In this document: piece after piece, positions 43,653 through 53,263 of the stretch
How positions within the stretch are numbered: the stretch's first letter is position 1
Layout of the letters: every line of letters begins with the position of its first letter
From: a virus
Reading direction: 5' to 3' (one strand)
Virus record (IMG/VR): IMGVR_UViG_3300042371_000495
Coordinates: 3,193-67,192 of that record
Length of the DNA: 64,000 nucleotides
Position numbers and translations under genes: made by a program
The notes under the pieces: model-generated
Seen by the model: the letters and a program-made list of their open reading frames with translations, nothing else
Told to the model about the DNA's origin: nothing
Databases searched by the model: none

Positions 43653-45662
43653 TTATGGTTGATTGGTTACTACGTTCCATGCGCCGCCAGGTCGTGTACT
43701 CGATGTAAGTAATTGATAGTAATAATAACCATCATTGATGTTTGTGGTCGTTCTTATCGCCGAGACGCCGGCACCCGTAAGAGCTCCACTAGTTGCAGTC
43801 GTATACGTAAATACATTGGGATTACCAGTAGTTGTAATCGGAAATGTTCCTTTAAATGCTTCCTGAAAATTAGAGTCCGAAATCGTAGCAAGACCTGTTC
43901 CGATAAGAGCTCCGGTTCCAGTAGTCTGATATGTAAAATTATCGTTATCAATCTTTGTGATTGTAAATGTACCTTTAAATGCTTCCTGAAAAGATGTCTG
44001 ACTTGTATCACTAATAGTAACAGTATGAGTAGCATTAAAACCATGAGCAACTAAGTTGACAGTCACAACATTACCTACACGTACGAATTTAATGCCAGAT
44101 GCTGTTTTTATATTCGAAGACGTTATGGTAACAAGTTGACCATTAGTATAACCATGCGCGCTGGGTAATGTGACTGACACTGTATTACCCGCGCGAATAA
44201 AACTACCACCGGCCGGGTTTATTCGAGTGTAACCTGCTCCAATATTGATACCTGGCGCAAGAAGGGTTTGATTGCTTAGTCGATTTCCTCCCAGATTTAA
44301 GTATTTTCCTAATTGGGTATTTGTGGCGAGATGAAACGCCCTTAATATCTTATTAATAGAACCGACATCTAAATTCGTATTAAACGCATGAAATTTATTT
44401 AACGTGTTTGGCATCTGAGTGACGCTAAGTAGTGCTACAGCCGATTGATAGAGGCTGACTGCCGTATCATGGCATCTAAATGTTGCCAACACCGCTAAGC
44501 TATTTAAATTAGGAATTTCTCCATTAACACCAGTAACACTTATACCTGCATTTGGAGTGTTATCATTGCAATTGAATTCTATTAAATTATTCAATCCAGT
44601 TAAAATCGGAATAGTACTACTAAGCCTATTATTACTACAATCAAATATCTGTAGGGTAGTAAGGGTGGATAAACTAGGAATAGAATCGGTAAGCTGATTA
44701 CTCGCGCACTTGAATATCTGTAAAGAAGTGAGTGTACTTAAATTCGGGATATCACCAAATATATCATTACCTCCACAATTAAAGTCTTTTAACGTAGTTA
44801 ATCCAGCCAAACTTGGAATAGAATTACTAAGATTATTATCATGACAATGGAATGTTTCCAAAGAAGTTAAACCGACTCCGCTTAAAACTGGAATCCAACC
44901 GGTTAATAAATTATCATAACAGACAAACGTTTTTAATGCACTTAATCCAGTCAAATGTGTTCTTTCGGGTTGAATACTTCCAGTAAATGCATTTCTATAG
45001 CAAGAGAATGTCTCCAAAGAAGTTAATCCAGCCAAACTTGGAATGCTTCCGCTAAGTCCACGACCCGGAGCGCTAAATTGTCCGGCGACATATAAGTTTT
45101 CATAACATTGAAAATCAACAAGAGCAGTGAGTCCAGCCAATTCAGGAAGAGTTCCGGTTAACTCATTTCGATAACAATAAAATCTATCCAACAGTGTTAA
45201 TCCAGTTAAACTTGGAACTCCGCCGGTATGTTTATTCTCATAGCAAAGATAGCGAGTCAATGAAGTCCGAGTGTTTATGTTCGTCGGAATTGTCCCAGTA
45301 ATCTGATTATTACCATAGTTAAAAACTGATATAGACCCAATTGGTGGAAAATTGGCATTTGATATAGTTCCTGAAAGATTATTTGTATATAATCTAAAAT
45401 ATTGTAGTGCGGTCATCGCACTTAAATTAGGAATTGAACCCGTAATCAAATTATTAAACGCCTCTAATGTATGTAAACTTTGAAGGTTTTTATAACCAGT
45501 AAGCGCTGAAATATTGTTATTATTACATTTAAACGAAGTCAAGTTTACAAACGGAGATGTATCTATTGAACCACCTAGTTTTGCAGTAACTGTTGATGCC
45601 CCGCATTCAATTGATTGAACTGCCGCTGGACCTTTTTTAGGAAGTAATCTAATTGTTGGCAT
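43653..45662 (-). CDS. Leucine-rich-repeat protein of receptor-kinase-like type with C-terminal beta-sandwich (AHG) domains
   Basis: Repeats LxxLxxFxCxxNxLTGSIPS; AHGYTNGQLVTI and AHGFNATHTVTI domains. Confidence 0.85.
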   Translation of the reverse strand: MPTIRLLPKKGPAAVQSIECGASTVTAKLGGSIDTSPFVNLTSFKCNNNNISALTGYKNLQSLHTLEAFNNLITGSIPNLSAMTALQYFRLYTNNLSGTISNANFPPIGSISVFNYGNNQITGTIPTNINTRTSLTRYLCYENKHTGGVPSLTGLTLLDRFYCYRNELTGTLPELAGLTALVDFQCYENLYVAGQFSAPGRGLSGSIPSLAGLTSLETFSCYRNAFTGSIQPERTHLTGLSALKTFVCYDNLLTGWIPVLSGVGLTSLETFHCHDNNLSNSIPSLAGLTTLKDFNCGGNDIFGDIPNLSTLTSLQIFKCASNQLTDSIPSLSTLTTLQIFDCSNNRLSSTIPILTGLNNLIEFNCNDNTPNAGISVTGVNGEIPNLNSLAVLATFRCHDTAVSLYQSAVALLSVTQMPNTLNKFHAFNTNLDVGSINKILRAFHLATNTQLGKYLNLGGNRLSNQTLLAPGINIGAGYTRINPAGGSFIRAGNTVSVTLPSAHGYTNGQLVTITSSNIKTASGIKFVRVGNVVTVNLVAHGFNATHTVTISDTSQTSFQEAFKGTFTITKIDNDNFTYQTTGTGALIGTGLATISDSNFQEAFKGTFPITTTGNPNVFTYTTATSGALTGAGVSAIRTTTNINDGYYYYQLLTSSTRPGGAWNVVTNQP

Positions 45663-45665
45663 AGT

Positions 45666-45869
45666 TTATGCGCTGTATGTATGCTCGAGAATCTCATTTG
45701 AGTTCGCGGTCTGTGGAAGAGTACTGTCTCCCCACGATATCACGATCTGGCTAGCATCAAATGTAATTATTTTAAAACCATTCAATGTAGTAGTCTTTGG
45801 TCCAAATGTCCAAAACGCTCTAGCTCCCACCTGGGCTGTAGCGGCACGTTTAAAATCTACTATGTTCAT
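45666..45869 (-). CDS. Small protein resembling a PKD-like fragment
   Basis: ISWGD...HTYS motif; tightly coupled to neighbours. Confidence 0.5.
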   Translation of the reverse strand: MNIVDFKRAATAQVGARAFWTFGPKTTTLNGFKIITFDASQIVISWGDSTLPQTANSNEILEHTYSA

Positions 45870-45870
45870 A

Positions 45871-47397
45871 TTAATATAATATACCTATTGCGACGAATGT
45901 CGACGAACTTGACTTATAGATATATATCGCCGAATATGCTATCGTATTATTAAAGGGAGTCGTCGTTCCGTTGATCGTATCAGTATTTCCACCAGCTTGA
46001 GATTTTCTAAGGGTTAATGTTAATCCTCCGATATTAACGATACCGATACTCCATCCGTCGGATACTGCAGATGCCGCAGGAAGTGTAAGAGTAGTTGTAC
46101 CGGATACATGATATATATTCCCATTATTTGCTCCAGTAAATGTAATCGGGCCGCTAATCGGTAGGATAGGAGCATTATTACTCACGGCATCTTCGATACC
46201 ATAACCGGCTAATGTAGTCGGATTGGTTCCGGTAGTGACTCGTCCATATGTATCGACAGTGACGCTTCTATACGTTGAAGGAAACACAATTCCAGAGGCT
46301 AAGTCGACTGCATCGGCGTCGACCGTGAGGGTAGTAGAGTTGACGTTAAAATCAGTCCCGCCTACTAACGTTAAGCCATTACCGGCAGTAAACGTTCCGG
46401 CTCCGGAGAATTGAGTGAAAAGGAAACGACTCCCTGGGGTATCAATCCCGTCGATAGTTGTTACTGCCTCGGTTAATACCCAACCAGTATCTGCAAAAGT
46501 GCTACCGTGACTGACGAATATGAAATCACCGCCGGCAGTTTCTACCGGTTCGTCGAAATCTGTGGCACGAATCAATTCAGTACTCGTCGAATATGTGTAT
46601 ACGCCGTTATGTGCCGTGTTAGTTTGACCGGCGACAATGATTCGCGCACCTACCGTAAGCACATCCGCGTCATCATTGAGCATTGCCACAGTCAAAGCAT
46701 TTGACGTTGTCAACTTGGCTCCAACACCTGCAGTCCCGGCGGTGTATGTGACTGTTCCTGCGCCACGGGATTCTAGCGAAGTTCTTAAGATGACGTGTGC
46801 AGAAGCATGAACATGCAACCCTTGGGCAAGGGCATCGACATATGCCGTCGTAGCTAAGGTACCACTTGTAGAAGGGAGAGTCCAGATACGATTACCGGTC
46901 GTTACGGTTGCAGGAGAAAGTGTATCTGTTCTTTGTACCGAACCCGAATCATCGCGTAACCATTGCACCGTAGCATCGTTCGCAAGGTTAAGACGATTCG
47001 TTGATCCATTATATTGAAGTCCGATAGATGTAGTAAAGGTAGGACTAGCGATCGGCGCCTTGAGCGCCATATTACCATTCAGTTTGCCGATCGCGCTAAG
47101 GATGGTATCACCGGTAGAGATAGTGCCAGTCGTAGAACTATAATTTGTCAACGTCTTACCAGTAACGACAGTATTGAGAATCGTATTACTCGTAGCTGGT
47201 CCTGTAACATCTCCTGCAAGAGTAGTGCCACTCGCGGCTATACCATATGCCTTTATCGCTCCGGTCGAATCTTTATAATATATCTTATCATCCGCATAAT
47301 TGAGTGCCAATTCTCCGAATTCCAGGAAAGTTGAAGAGGGTATAGATCCTATTACGCCGCTATGTTTAACTTGTATCTTTGCGTTGCGATTGCTCAT
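45871..47397 (-). CDS. Tail fibre protein
   Basis: N-terminal LEFGELALNYADDKIYYKD, LAGDVTG, RIIVAGQT..AHNGVY...RATDFD, VTVDTYGRVT; TATAAATA at 47404-47411. Confidence 0.85.
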   Translation of the reverse strand: MSNRNAKIQVKHSGVIGSIPSSTFLEFGELALNYADDKIYYKDSTGAIKAYGIAASGTTLAGDVTGPATSNTILNTVVTGKTLTNYSSTTGTISTGDTILSAIGKLNGNMALKAPIASPTFTTSIGLQYNGSTNRLNLANDATVQWLRDDSGSVQRTDTLSPATVTTGNRIWTLPSTSGTLATTAYVDALAQGLHVHASAHVILRTSLESRGAGTVTYTAGTAGVGAKLTTSNALTVAMLNDDADVLTVGARIIVAGQTNTAHNGVYTYSTSTELIRATDFDEPVETAGGDFIFVSHGSTFADTGWVLTEAVTTIDGIDTPGSRFLFTQFSGAGTFTAGNGLTLVGGTDFNVNSTTLTVDADAVDLASGIVFPSTYRSVTVDTYGRVTTGTNPTTLAGYGIEDAVSNNAPILPISGPITFTGANNGNIYHVSGTTTLTLPAASAVSDGWSIGIVNIGGLTLTLRKSQAGGNTDTINGTTTPFNNTIAYSAIYIYKSSSSTFVAIGILY

Positions 47398-47465
47398 CGA
47401 AATTATTTATATGAATGATTGAGGCGAACGAAACCGCCACTGGTATTTATTAAGTATATAGAGTT

Positions 47466-48386
47466 TTAGGTCAAAGCGATTGATTTCATGATTCCCCCAT
47501 CGTTAGCCCAAAGTTTCAATACATTAGTATTGGAATTCTTCCACATCTCAAACGTACCATCAGTGATGTTCGATGTTGTTGGGTCAGAAGAAGAAGTATA
47601 AAAAGTCTGTTCATCAAGAGCAGATTGTAATCCAGAGACGTCGCCGATCGTAATGTTGCCATCATCTTGATCGTTCAATACTGCCAATGTCCCGGTAGCA
47701 TTAGGGAATGTCCAGTTAATCATCGAATCTGATAGGTTTGATACCTTGATCGTACCATATTGTTGAGCATTCGGCGTAGGGACATATACCGAACCATCCG
47801 TAGAAAAATACCATCCACGGGTAATAGGATTATCCGGATCACTTAGATCGACGGGTTCCAAGGAGATACCCTCTCCGCTTCGAATATGAAATCCCATACC
47901 AACATTAATTGATGTATCATTGCGATCAAAAATAATTCCTGGCCCAGATGGTATTGATAGACCCCCGTCTGTGCCAAGGATAACACTATTTGCGCCATTA
48001 ACTAATCTATCTCTAGAAGACTGACCGACTTCATTACCTGGATCATATGCACCGCTGGTGACGCCAGGCATAACTTCGATTTGTCCTTCTGCAATTCTTG
48101 TTACTCGTCCATTTGATGTTTGAATTATCTCTACATCAAATAAGTGACGTCCGGCTTTTATGGCAGCCGTTACCTCTGATTCCAATGATAATGTTATTTT
48201 ACCATTTGTCGGAGTTGGTATAGAGATGTCAAACGGATAGTAAGTCGTAGAAGTGTATGATTTACGAATCGTTCCTCTTGCAGTATAGCCGGTAAGATCA
48301 AAGTCAAACACACTATTTTGCGCCGCGTTAACGATGGTAGAAAAGTATGATCCTTGGTCGATTACGAGATCAGAATAGATTGCCAT
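47466..48386 (-). CDS. Virion structural protein (N-terminal IDQG...F baseplate/fibre-attachment-like domain)
   Basis: LVIDQGSYF...DLTGYTA...RKSY...GRHLFDVEI...RIAEG...PGVT; start at 48386 after TATAAATA (48392-48399). Confidence 0.75.
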   Translation of the reverse strand: MAIYSDLVIDQGSYFSTIVNAAQNSVFDFDLTGYTARGTIRKSYTSTTYYPFDISIPTPTNGKITLSLESEVTAAIKAGRHLFDVEIIQTSNGRVTRIAEGQIEVMPGVTSGAYDPGNEVGQSSRDRLVNGANSVILGTDGGLSIPSGPGIIFDRNDTSINVGMGFHIRSGEGISLEPVDLSDPDNPITRGWYFSTDGSVYVPTPNAQQYGTIKVSNLSDSMINWTFPNATGTLAVLNDQDDGNITIGDVSGLQSALDEQTFYTSSSDPTTSNITDGTFEMWKNSNTNVLKLWANDGGIMKSIALT

Positions 48387-48416
48387 ACAGCTATTTATAA
48401 TACCCATATATATTAT

Positions 48417-49301
48417 ATGTCAGCGCTACAAAATGCTCCAACGAACGATTTCATTGAATTTAGGAAAAACATATTATCATCATTTAAAGTAAACGACGAT
48501 ATTATGACAGCTCTTCAGATCGTCGATATCAACGTGACCGAATTATGTACGCGTAAATGTGTATTTTGCCCTCGACATGATTCTAAGATCTATCCGAATA
48601 GAAAATTAAATATGTCTAAGGAAACGTATTTAAAATTGGCAAAAGATCTTGCTGAATTCAATTATGCCAATCAAATAGTGCTGGCCGGATTTAGTGAACC
48701 GTTACTGCATAAAGAAATCTTTGAAATCGTAAATACCTTTAAATCGCATCTGCCGAATAATAAAAACCTAACGATCACCACTAACGGGGACGTGTTGACC
48801 GAAAAGACGGTACACGGTCTTTTCGAAAATGGATTAGATTTACTCAAGATGAGTCTATACGATGGACCAGAACAAGAAGATCATTTCTTAAAATTATTTG
48901 ATAAGTGCGGTATTGACTCTAGCAAATATATCATAAAACGATTTTGGTACGGTCCCGAACAAGAATACGGCATGGCTGGCATCAGCAATCGAGTAGGAAT
49001 GATGAAATTAAACGATAAAGATATTCCTAAAAGGGCATGTTTCATGCCCTTCAATTCGGCGTTTATTGATTGGAACGGAGATGTATTATTATGTACTCAC
49101 AATTGGAGTAAAGACATAAAGCATGGAAACATTAACGATTCATCGTTAAAGGATGTATGGTTAGGGGAAAGTGTGAGTAAGATTAGGAAACACCATCTTG
49201 AATTTGGGAGATGCGGAATAAATCCTTGCCAAAATTGCGAGGTGCACGGGCAAGTATATGGAGAAAATAGTTTTAATGCGTTTAAGAAATTTTATTCTTA
49301 A
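48417..49301 (+). CDS. Radical SAM enzyme with SPASM/twitch domain
   Basis: CTRKCVFC, GFSEPLL, TTNG, CFMPF...IDWNGDVLLC...CQNC. Confidence 0.9.
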   Translation: MSALQNAPTNDFIEFRKNILSSFKVNDDIMTALQIVDINVTELCTRKCVFCPRHDSKIYPNRKLNMSKETYLKLAKDLAEFNYANQIVLAGFSEPLLHKEIFEIVNTFKSHLPNNKNLTITTNGDVLTEKTVHGLFENGLDLLKMSLYDGPEQEDHFLKLFDKCGIDSSKYIIKRFWYGPEQEYGMAGISNRVGMMKLNDKDIPKRACFMPFNSAFIDWNGDVLLCTHNWSKDIKHGNINDSSLKDVWLGESVSKIRKHHLEFGRCGINPCQNCEVHGQVYGENSFNAFKKFYS

Positions 49302-49953
49302 AATCGAACCAAACATTTGAATATTCGCAATCTTTATATTCATCCAACCATGGACCTCCTTCTGTAAAATGAAGAGCTTTAGGAGATCCATCTTGGGGTT
49401 CTTTGTAATAATCTACTAACCAATTCCATTCTAGAGGTAAAGAACCAATTTCGTCATCTTCTAAATATTTGAATCGATGTAAAAACGCTCCCGATTGATT
49501 ATTGATTGTCAATGGATTTAACGTTTTTATTTTTGGGTGTTCGTTATTAAACATCATAAGACTACTCCAATTTTTCTTAGGAAATATTGATTGTATCTTA
49601 TTATTCATTTTTATATTACTAGTGGGCACATAATCATGCTTACAACACATCACTGCGTATCTCGAATCATATGATTCGATTAGTTTATCGATTGAATCTA
49701 AAAATAAAAAATCACCATCACAAAAAATACTTATTCCTTTAAAGTCGCATAAGTACGGCGCAAAAAAACGAGCAAACGCGAATGGAGTGCTTTCATACAT
49801 ATCCTTTATTCGATCATACTCTTTAACTGTGTTATAGTTAATTGGGTGTATATTAATATCGTATTGACTATTAGAAGTGATGCTGTATTTACACACATCA
49901 TATGATATTTTTTGAGATTCATCTAATCCAATAAATATATTAATTTTTTGCAT
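49282..49953 (-). CDS. GT-A fold glycosyltransferase (CDI-like)
   Basis: IFIGLD, STPFAFARF, DxD motif FCDGD, KNWSSLM, WNWLV, HFTEGGPW. Confidence 0.85.
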   Translation of the reverse strand: MQKINIFIGLDESQKISYDVCKYSITSNSQYDINIHPINYNTVKEYDRIKDMYESTPFAFARFFAPYLCDFKGISIFCDGDFLFLDSIDKLIESYDSRYAVMCCKHDYVPTSNIKMNNKIQSIFPKKNWSSLMMFNNEHPKIKTLNPLTINNQSGAFLHRFKYLEDDEIGSLPLEWNWLVDYYKEPQDGSPKALHFTEGGPWLDEYKDCEYSNVWFDFKNKIS

Positions 49954-50932
49954 ACTCGATAAGTTTTTTGGTTTTCAATAATATTGCTATGACATCGATA
50001 CCCTGAATATGCCCTTTAAAAAGCCAATTAACAAAATTACTTTTAGGTAATATTTTTTCCAACTTGGGTTTTAATATTCTTATTAATGCAAAAAAATCTA
50101 TATAACCCGATGATGATTCTTGAATATACAGATAATCCGTAATTAAACTATCGAAATCTCCTTTACTTTTATATTGGTATAACGTATCGTTGCCTTTAAT
50201 TTTTGTACTGATATTAATATCATTTTGATTATAATATTCGGTTGTTATGATACCATATTTTTCATAAAAATATTTTTTATAGGTATTATCTCCGCTTATT
50301 AAGATTAAATTTTTATATGGAGTATGATTAATGATATAATCAATGATTTTATCGTAAACTTCGATATCATGATTATCCTTAAGTCTGTATGAAGGCAGGT
50401 TGATAAAATAATAATTTATATTAAATTTTTTTATTTTTGCGTGATCTAATACTATTTCATTTTTTAAAATTAATTTATGATCAGATGCGATATTATTGTA
50501 ATTATTATAAAATATCTTTTGCAAATCATATGCTGTATTTTTAAATATTTCTTTAATGGTAGTATCGAATATTACGTTATGATTCAAATTATCATATTGA
50601 TTATAACATAAATCGTTATAATGGTATACACCGAATAATTTATTTAAATAATAATTGTATTCATTATTATTTTTTTTATCTGGAAAATTATCATTTTCTC
50701 CTCGTATATTGCGTATAAGCGATATTGATTTAAATGATGCGTTATTTTGAATATTTTTTAGCGTATAATAGTCTGTATCACAAAACATATTACATATACT
50801 ATCATTTACATAAAATTTATTATCAGTATCGGTATAACATAATAAAAACAATATACCCATCATGGCATCAGTATAGGTTAACTGATCCCTGATTGTTTCT
50901 GTAAAAATATTATATTTTGAAGAAGTTAACAT
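49940..50932 (-). CDS. Hypothetical protein, divergent GT-B / fucosyltransferase-like
   Basis: LILISGD..YKKYF..KYGI and LITDYL resemble 52361-53263; weak. Confidence 0.45.
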   Translation of the reverse strand: MLTSSKYNIFTETIRDQLTYTDAMMGILFLLCYTDTDNKFYVNDSICNMFCDTDYYTLKNIQNNASFKSISLIRNIRGENDNFPDKKNNNEYNYYLNKLFGVYHYNDLCYNQYDNLNHNVIFDTTIKEIFKNTAYDLQKIFYNNYNNIASDHKLILKNEIVLDHAKIKKFNINYYFINLPSYRLKDNHDIEVYDKIIDYIINHTPYKNLILISGDNTYKKYFYEKYGIITTEYYNQNDINISTKIKGNDTLYQYKSKGDFDSLITDYLYIQESSSGYIDFFALIRILKPKLEKILPKSNFVNWLFKGHIQGIDVIAILLKTKKLIEYAKN

Positions 50933-51773
50933 ACTTTATCCCTACCTTTTCTCCGTTTATATTACATTTGTTACATACTTTAAGGTTTCTATTTCCCTCC
51001 TTAAGATGTTTTCTATATGTGTTTAGAAAATCCGAGGTCCATATCTCTTCAAGAGTATGCGTATTAATGTTCAATGTAGTCTTTGATAGTTTAAACCAAT
51101 CTTCGCAACAGACGATTATATCTCCGTTCCAATCCATAAAGAGTTTATAGAACGGCAAGTAGCATTTATTGTTTCTATGTTCACTGACTTTATCGTCGTT
51201 AAGCTTAACTGCGCCAGCTCTATTTGTAAAATCTTTAAAGTTATCGGAATGATAATAACTTTTCCTTAATGTGTATGTGCTGCTATCATAATCTTTAAAT
51301 AAATCTAAAAATTTATTTAGACTACTATCTCCATCATATACACTAACGACGATTTGATTTATTCCGCTATCGTAAATATCTTTAATTATTTTTTCATCAA
51401 GTTTATCGCCATTTGTATTAAGTTCAATAGTTTTTATCTGGGGATTTTCGCTACTAATGATATTGACTAAATTTAAAAAGTTTTTGGTCAATAAGGGTTC
51501 TCCATTTCCGGACCAACCGATTCTATTTCTATAATCATTAAGTTTGAGCTGGGCTGATAAATTTCTAATTGTTTGCTCTGATATATGCAAATTTTGATTC
51601 GGGTATACCGAAGAATCGCTTCGAGGACAGAAATGGCATGACCTATTGCACAGTTCGGTCGGGTTGATTGTGATGGACTGTAGAGCGTTTAGCGGGAGTA
51701 ACTCTTGATTGACAGAATATTCCGTTTGTTTTTTGCGCAATTCAATAATATCATTTTTATTTTCTGCTATCAT
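50910..51773 (-). CDS. Radical SAM enzyme with SPASM/twitch domain (paralog of 48417-49301)
   Basis: CNRSCHFC, GNGEPLL, NTNG, CYLPF...DWNGDIIVCC...CNKC. Confidence 0.9.
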   Translation of the reverse strand: MIAENKNDIIELRKKQTEYSVNQELLPLNALQSITINPTELCNRSCHFCPRSDSSVYPNQNLHISEQTIRNLSAQLKLNDYRNRIGWSGNGEPLLTKNFLNLVNIISSENPQIKTIELNTNGDKLDEKIIKDIYDSGINQIVVSVYDGDSSLNKFLDLFKDYDSSTYTLRKSYYHSDNFKDFTNRAGAVKLNDDKVSEHRNNKCYLPFYKLFMDWNGDIIVCCEDWFKLSKTTLNINTHTLEEIWTSDFLNTYRKHLKEGNRNLKVCNKCNINGEKVGIKYVNFFKI

Positions 51774-51787
51774 TATAGATATCTATA
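51774..51787. promoter_or_regulatory. Palindromic TATAGATATCTATA, candidate bidirectional late promoter
   Basis: Perfect 14-bp palindrome spanning the 13-nt gap between divergent ATGs; TATAGATA on each strand. Confidence 0.6.
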
Positions 51788-52371
51788 TGAAAATATCAAA
51801 TATTACGTGTGATAGTTCTCCATTTAATTATTATTCATTTTCTGATGTTTTTTGCGAAAATGAATTAAATCAGATAGTAAACATAGATTTATTTAAACAC
51901 TCTGCTAAATTAGAAGGGGAACGTGCCTCGAATACAAATAGGTTTTTTGCCAATGATGAAAATAGAAAAAACCACGAGATCATAGATCATATCATAAACT
52001 ATTTTTCTGATAGTGAAGTGATATCTCATTTTGAAAATGAATCAGGCAGAAAAATTTCTGGTAATTATTTACGAATTGAATTTATCGCAGATACCGAATC
52101 ATCTTGGTTAAAACCACATGTCGATATCAATGAAAAGATAATGTCAATGATGATATATCTAAACACCACTGATGAAAATCTAAATATCGGTACATCAGTG
52201 TATGATGAAGATATGAAATTAGTAAAAACTGTTCCTTACATACATAACACCGGTTTTTATTTCTATCCTAGTCACAATACCTGGCATGGGTTAGAACCAA
52301 TAAAAATAAAAACCAGTAGAAAGGCGATAATGGTTAATTATTGTACTTTTAAAACCGAATTTACTGTATAG
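51787..52371 (+). CDS. 2-oxoglutarate/Fe(II)-dependent oxygenase
   Basis: WLKPHVD (HxD), GTSVYD, TWHG, RKAIMVNY; start at MKISNI. Confidence 0.85.
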   Translation: MKISNITCDSSPFNYYSFSDVFCENELNQIVNIDLFKHSAKLEGERASNTNRFFANDENRKNHEIIDHIINYFSDSEVISHFENESGRKISGNYLRIEFIADTESSWLKPHVDINEKIMSMMIYLNTTDENLNIGTSVYDEDMKLVKTVPYIHNTGFYFYPSHNTWHGLEPIKIKTSRKAIMVNYCTFKTEFTV

Positions 52372-53263
52372 TAATATTATTTTTAAAATAATTTACGGCA
52401 ATATCAAAAGGACTGATTAAATTAGAGGATATAAAATTTACATTTGAAAATAATAAATTTAATTCTGGGAATTCAATTCTTAAATCGTGTAAAGATTGAA
52501 AATCGGTAAAACTGCAATTAATAATATCATAAAAAATATTTAATGAAGCGCCGCGAGTTATAAATTGCCCTAGGCTCGCAGCATATTTAGTTTCATATTC
52601 GTGAATAATTTCTATATTATTAATACCATTATATTTGGAATTAAAATGTTTTAACATTTTTGCATCCCCGGAAACAAAAAATAAAGAGTGTTTGGGGTAT
52701 TTTTTGATTTTATTTTTAATAATATAATCCCAAAGTTCATATACTGGTTGCTGATGATTGCAATCATTTACATTACGTAAATTAAATGAAAGAATATTTT
52801 TTTCATACTTATTAAAAATAATATTAGGGTGTTTCTCAATGGAGATTGTTTTGTTAGGAATATTGAAAAATTCATTTGTATTGATTTTTCTCAATAAATT
52901 CCATTGTTTTATAGGAATGCAGTTTTTCTTCAAGGAAAGGAGATCCGTATAGAAATTGCAATTCGATATATTTAAATCATTTATATATTTGGTTTTTATT
53001 AAAATTTTAAGTTTAGTAGAATATTCCATTTGAGAATATTTTATATAATTCGGTCCAGCTAAAAAATTACAATAATCGGAATCAACAGGTATTAATCGCG
53101 CACCCGTATTTAATTTTTCAGCAAATTCCAACTGACTATCTTTTATAAAATAAATTAAATTATAATTATTTTTTTTACAATAATCATCGCATACCAATAA
53201 CTTTAACAAATTACTACTCAACCCTACGGGTTTACAATATACGATTGATTTATGACAACTCAT
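52361..53263 (-). CDS. Fucosyltransferase-like GT-B protein (GT11/GT23/O-FucT-like)
   Basis: N-terminal VGLSSNL, SFNLRNVND, LFFVSGD, IFYDII. Confidence 0.5.
   Translation of the reverse strand: MSCHKSIVYCKPVGLSSNLLKLLVCDDYCKKNNYNLIYFIKDSQLEFAEKLNTGARLIPVDSDYCNFLAGPNYIKYSQMEYSTKLKILIKTKYINDLNISNCNFYTDLLSLKKNCIPIKQWNLLRKINTNEFFNIPNKTISIEKHPNIIFNKYEKNILSFNLRNVNDCNHQQPVYELWDYIIKNKIKKYPKHSLFFVSGDAKMLKHFNSKYNGINNIEIIHEYETKYAASLGQFITRGASLNIFYDIINCSFTDFQSLHDLRIEFPELNLLFSNVNFISSNLISPFDIAVNYFKNNITIQ

Noticed and set aside
38846-47397. Diversity-generating retroelement acting on the LRR or fibre genes
   Set aside because: No reverse transcriptase or separate template repeat seen; differences between repeats are not limited to adenines; a remote DGR outside the window cannot be excluded
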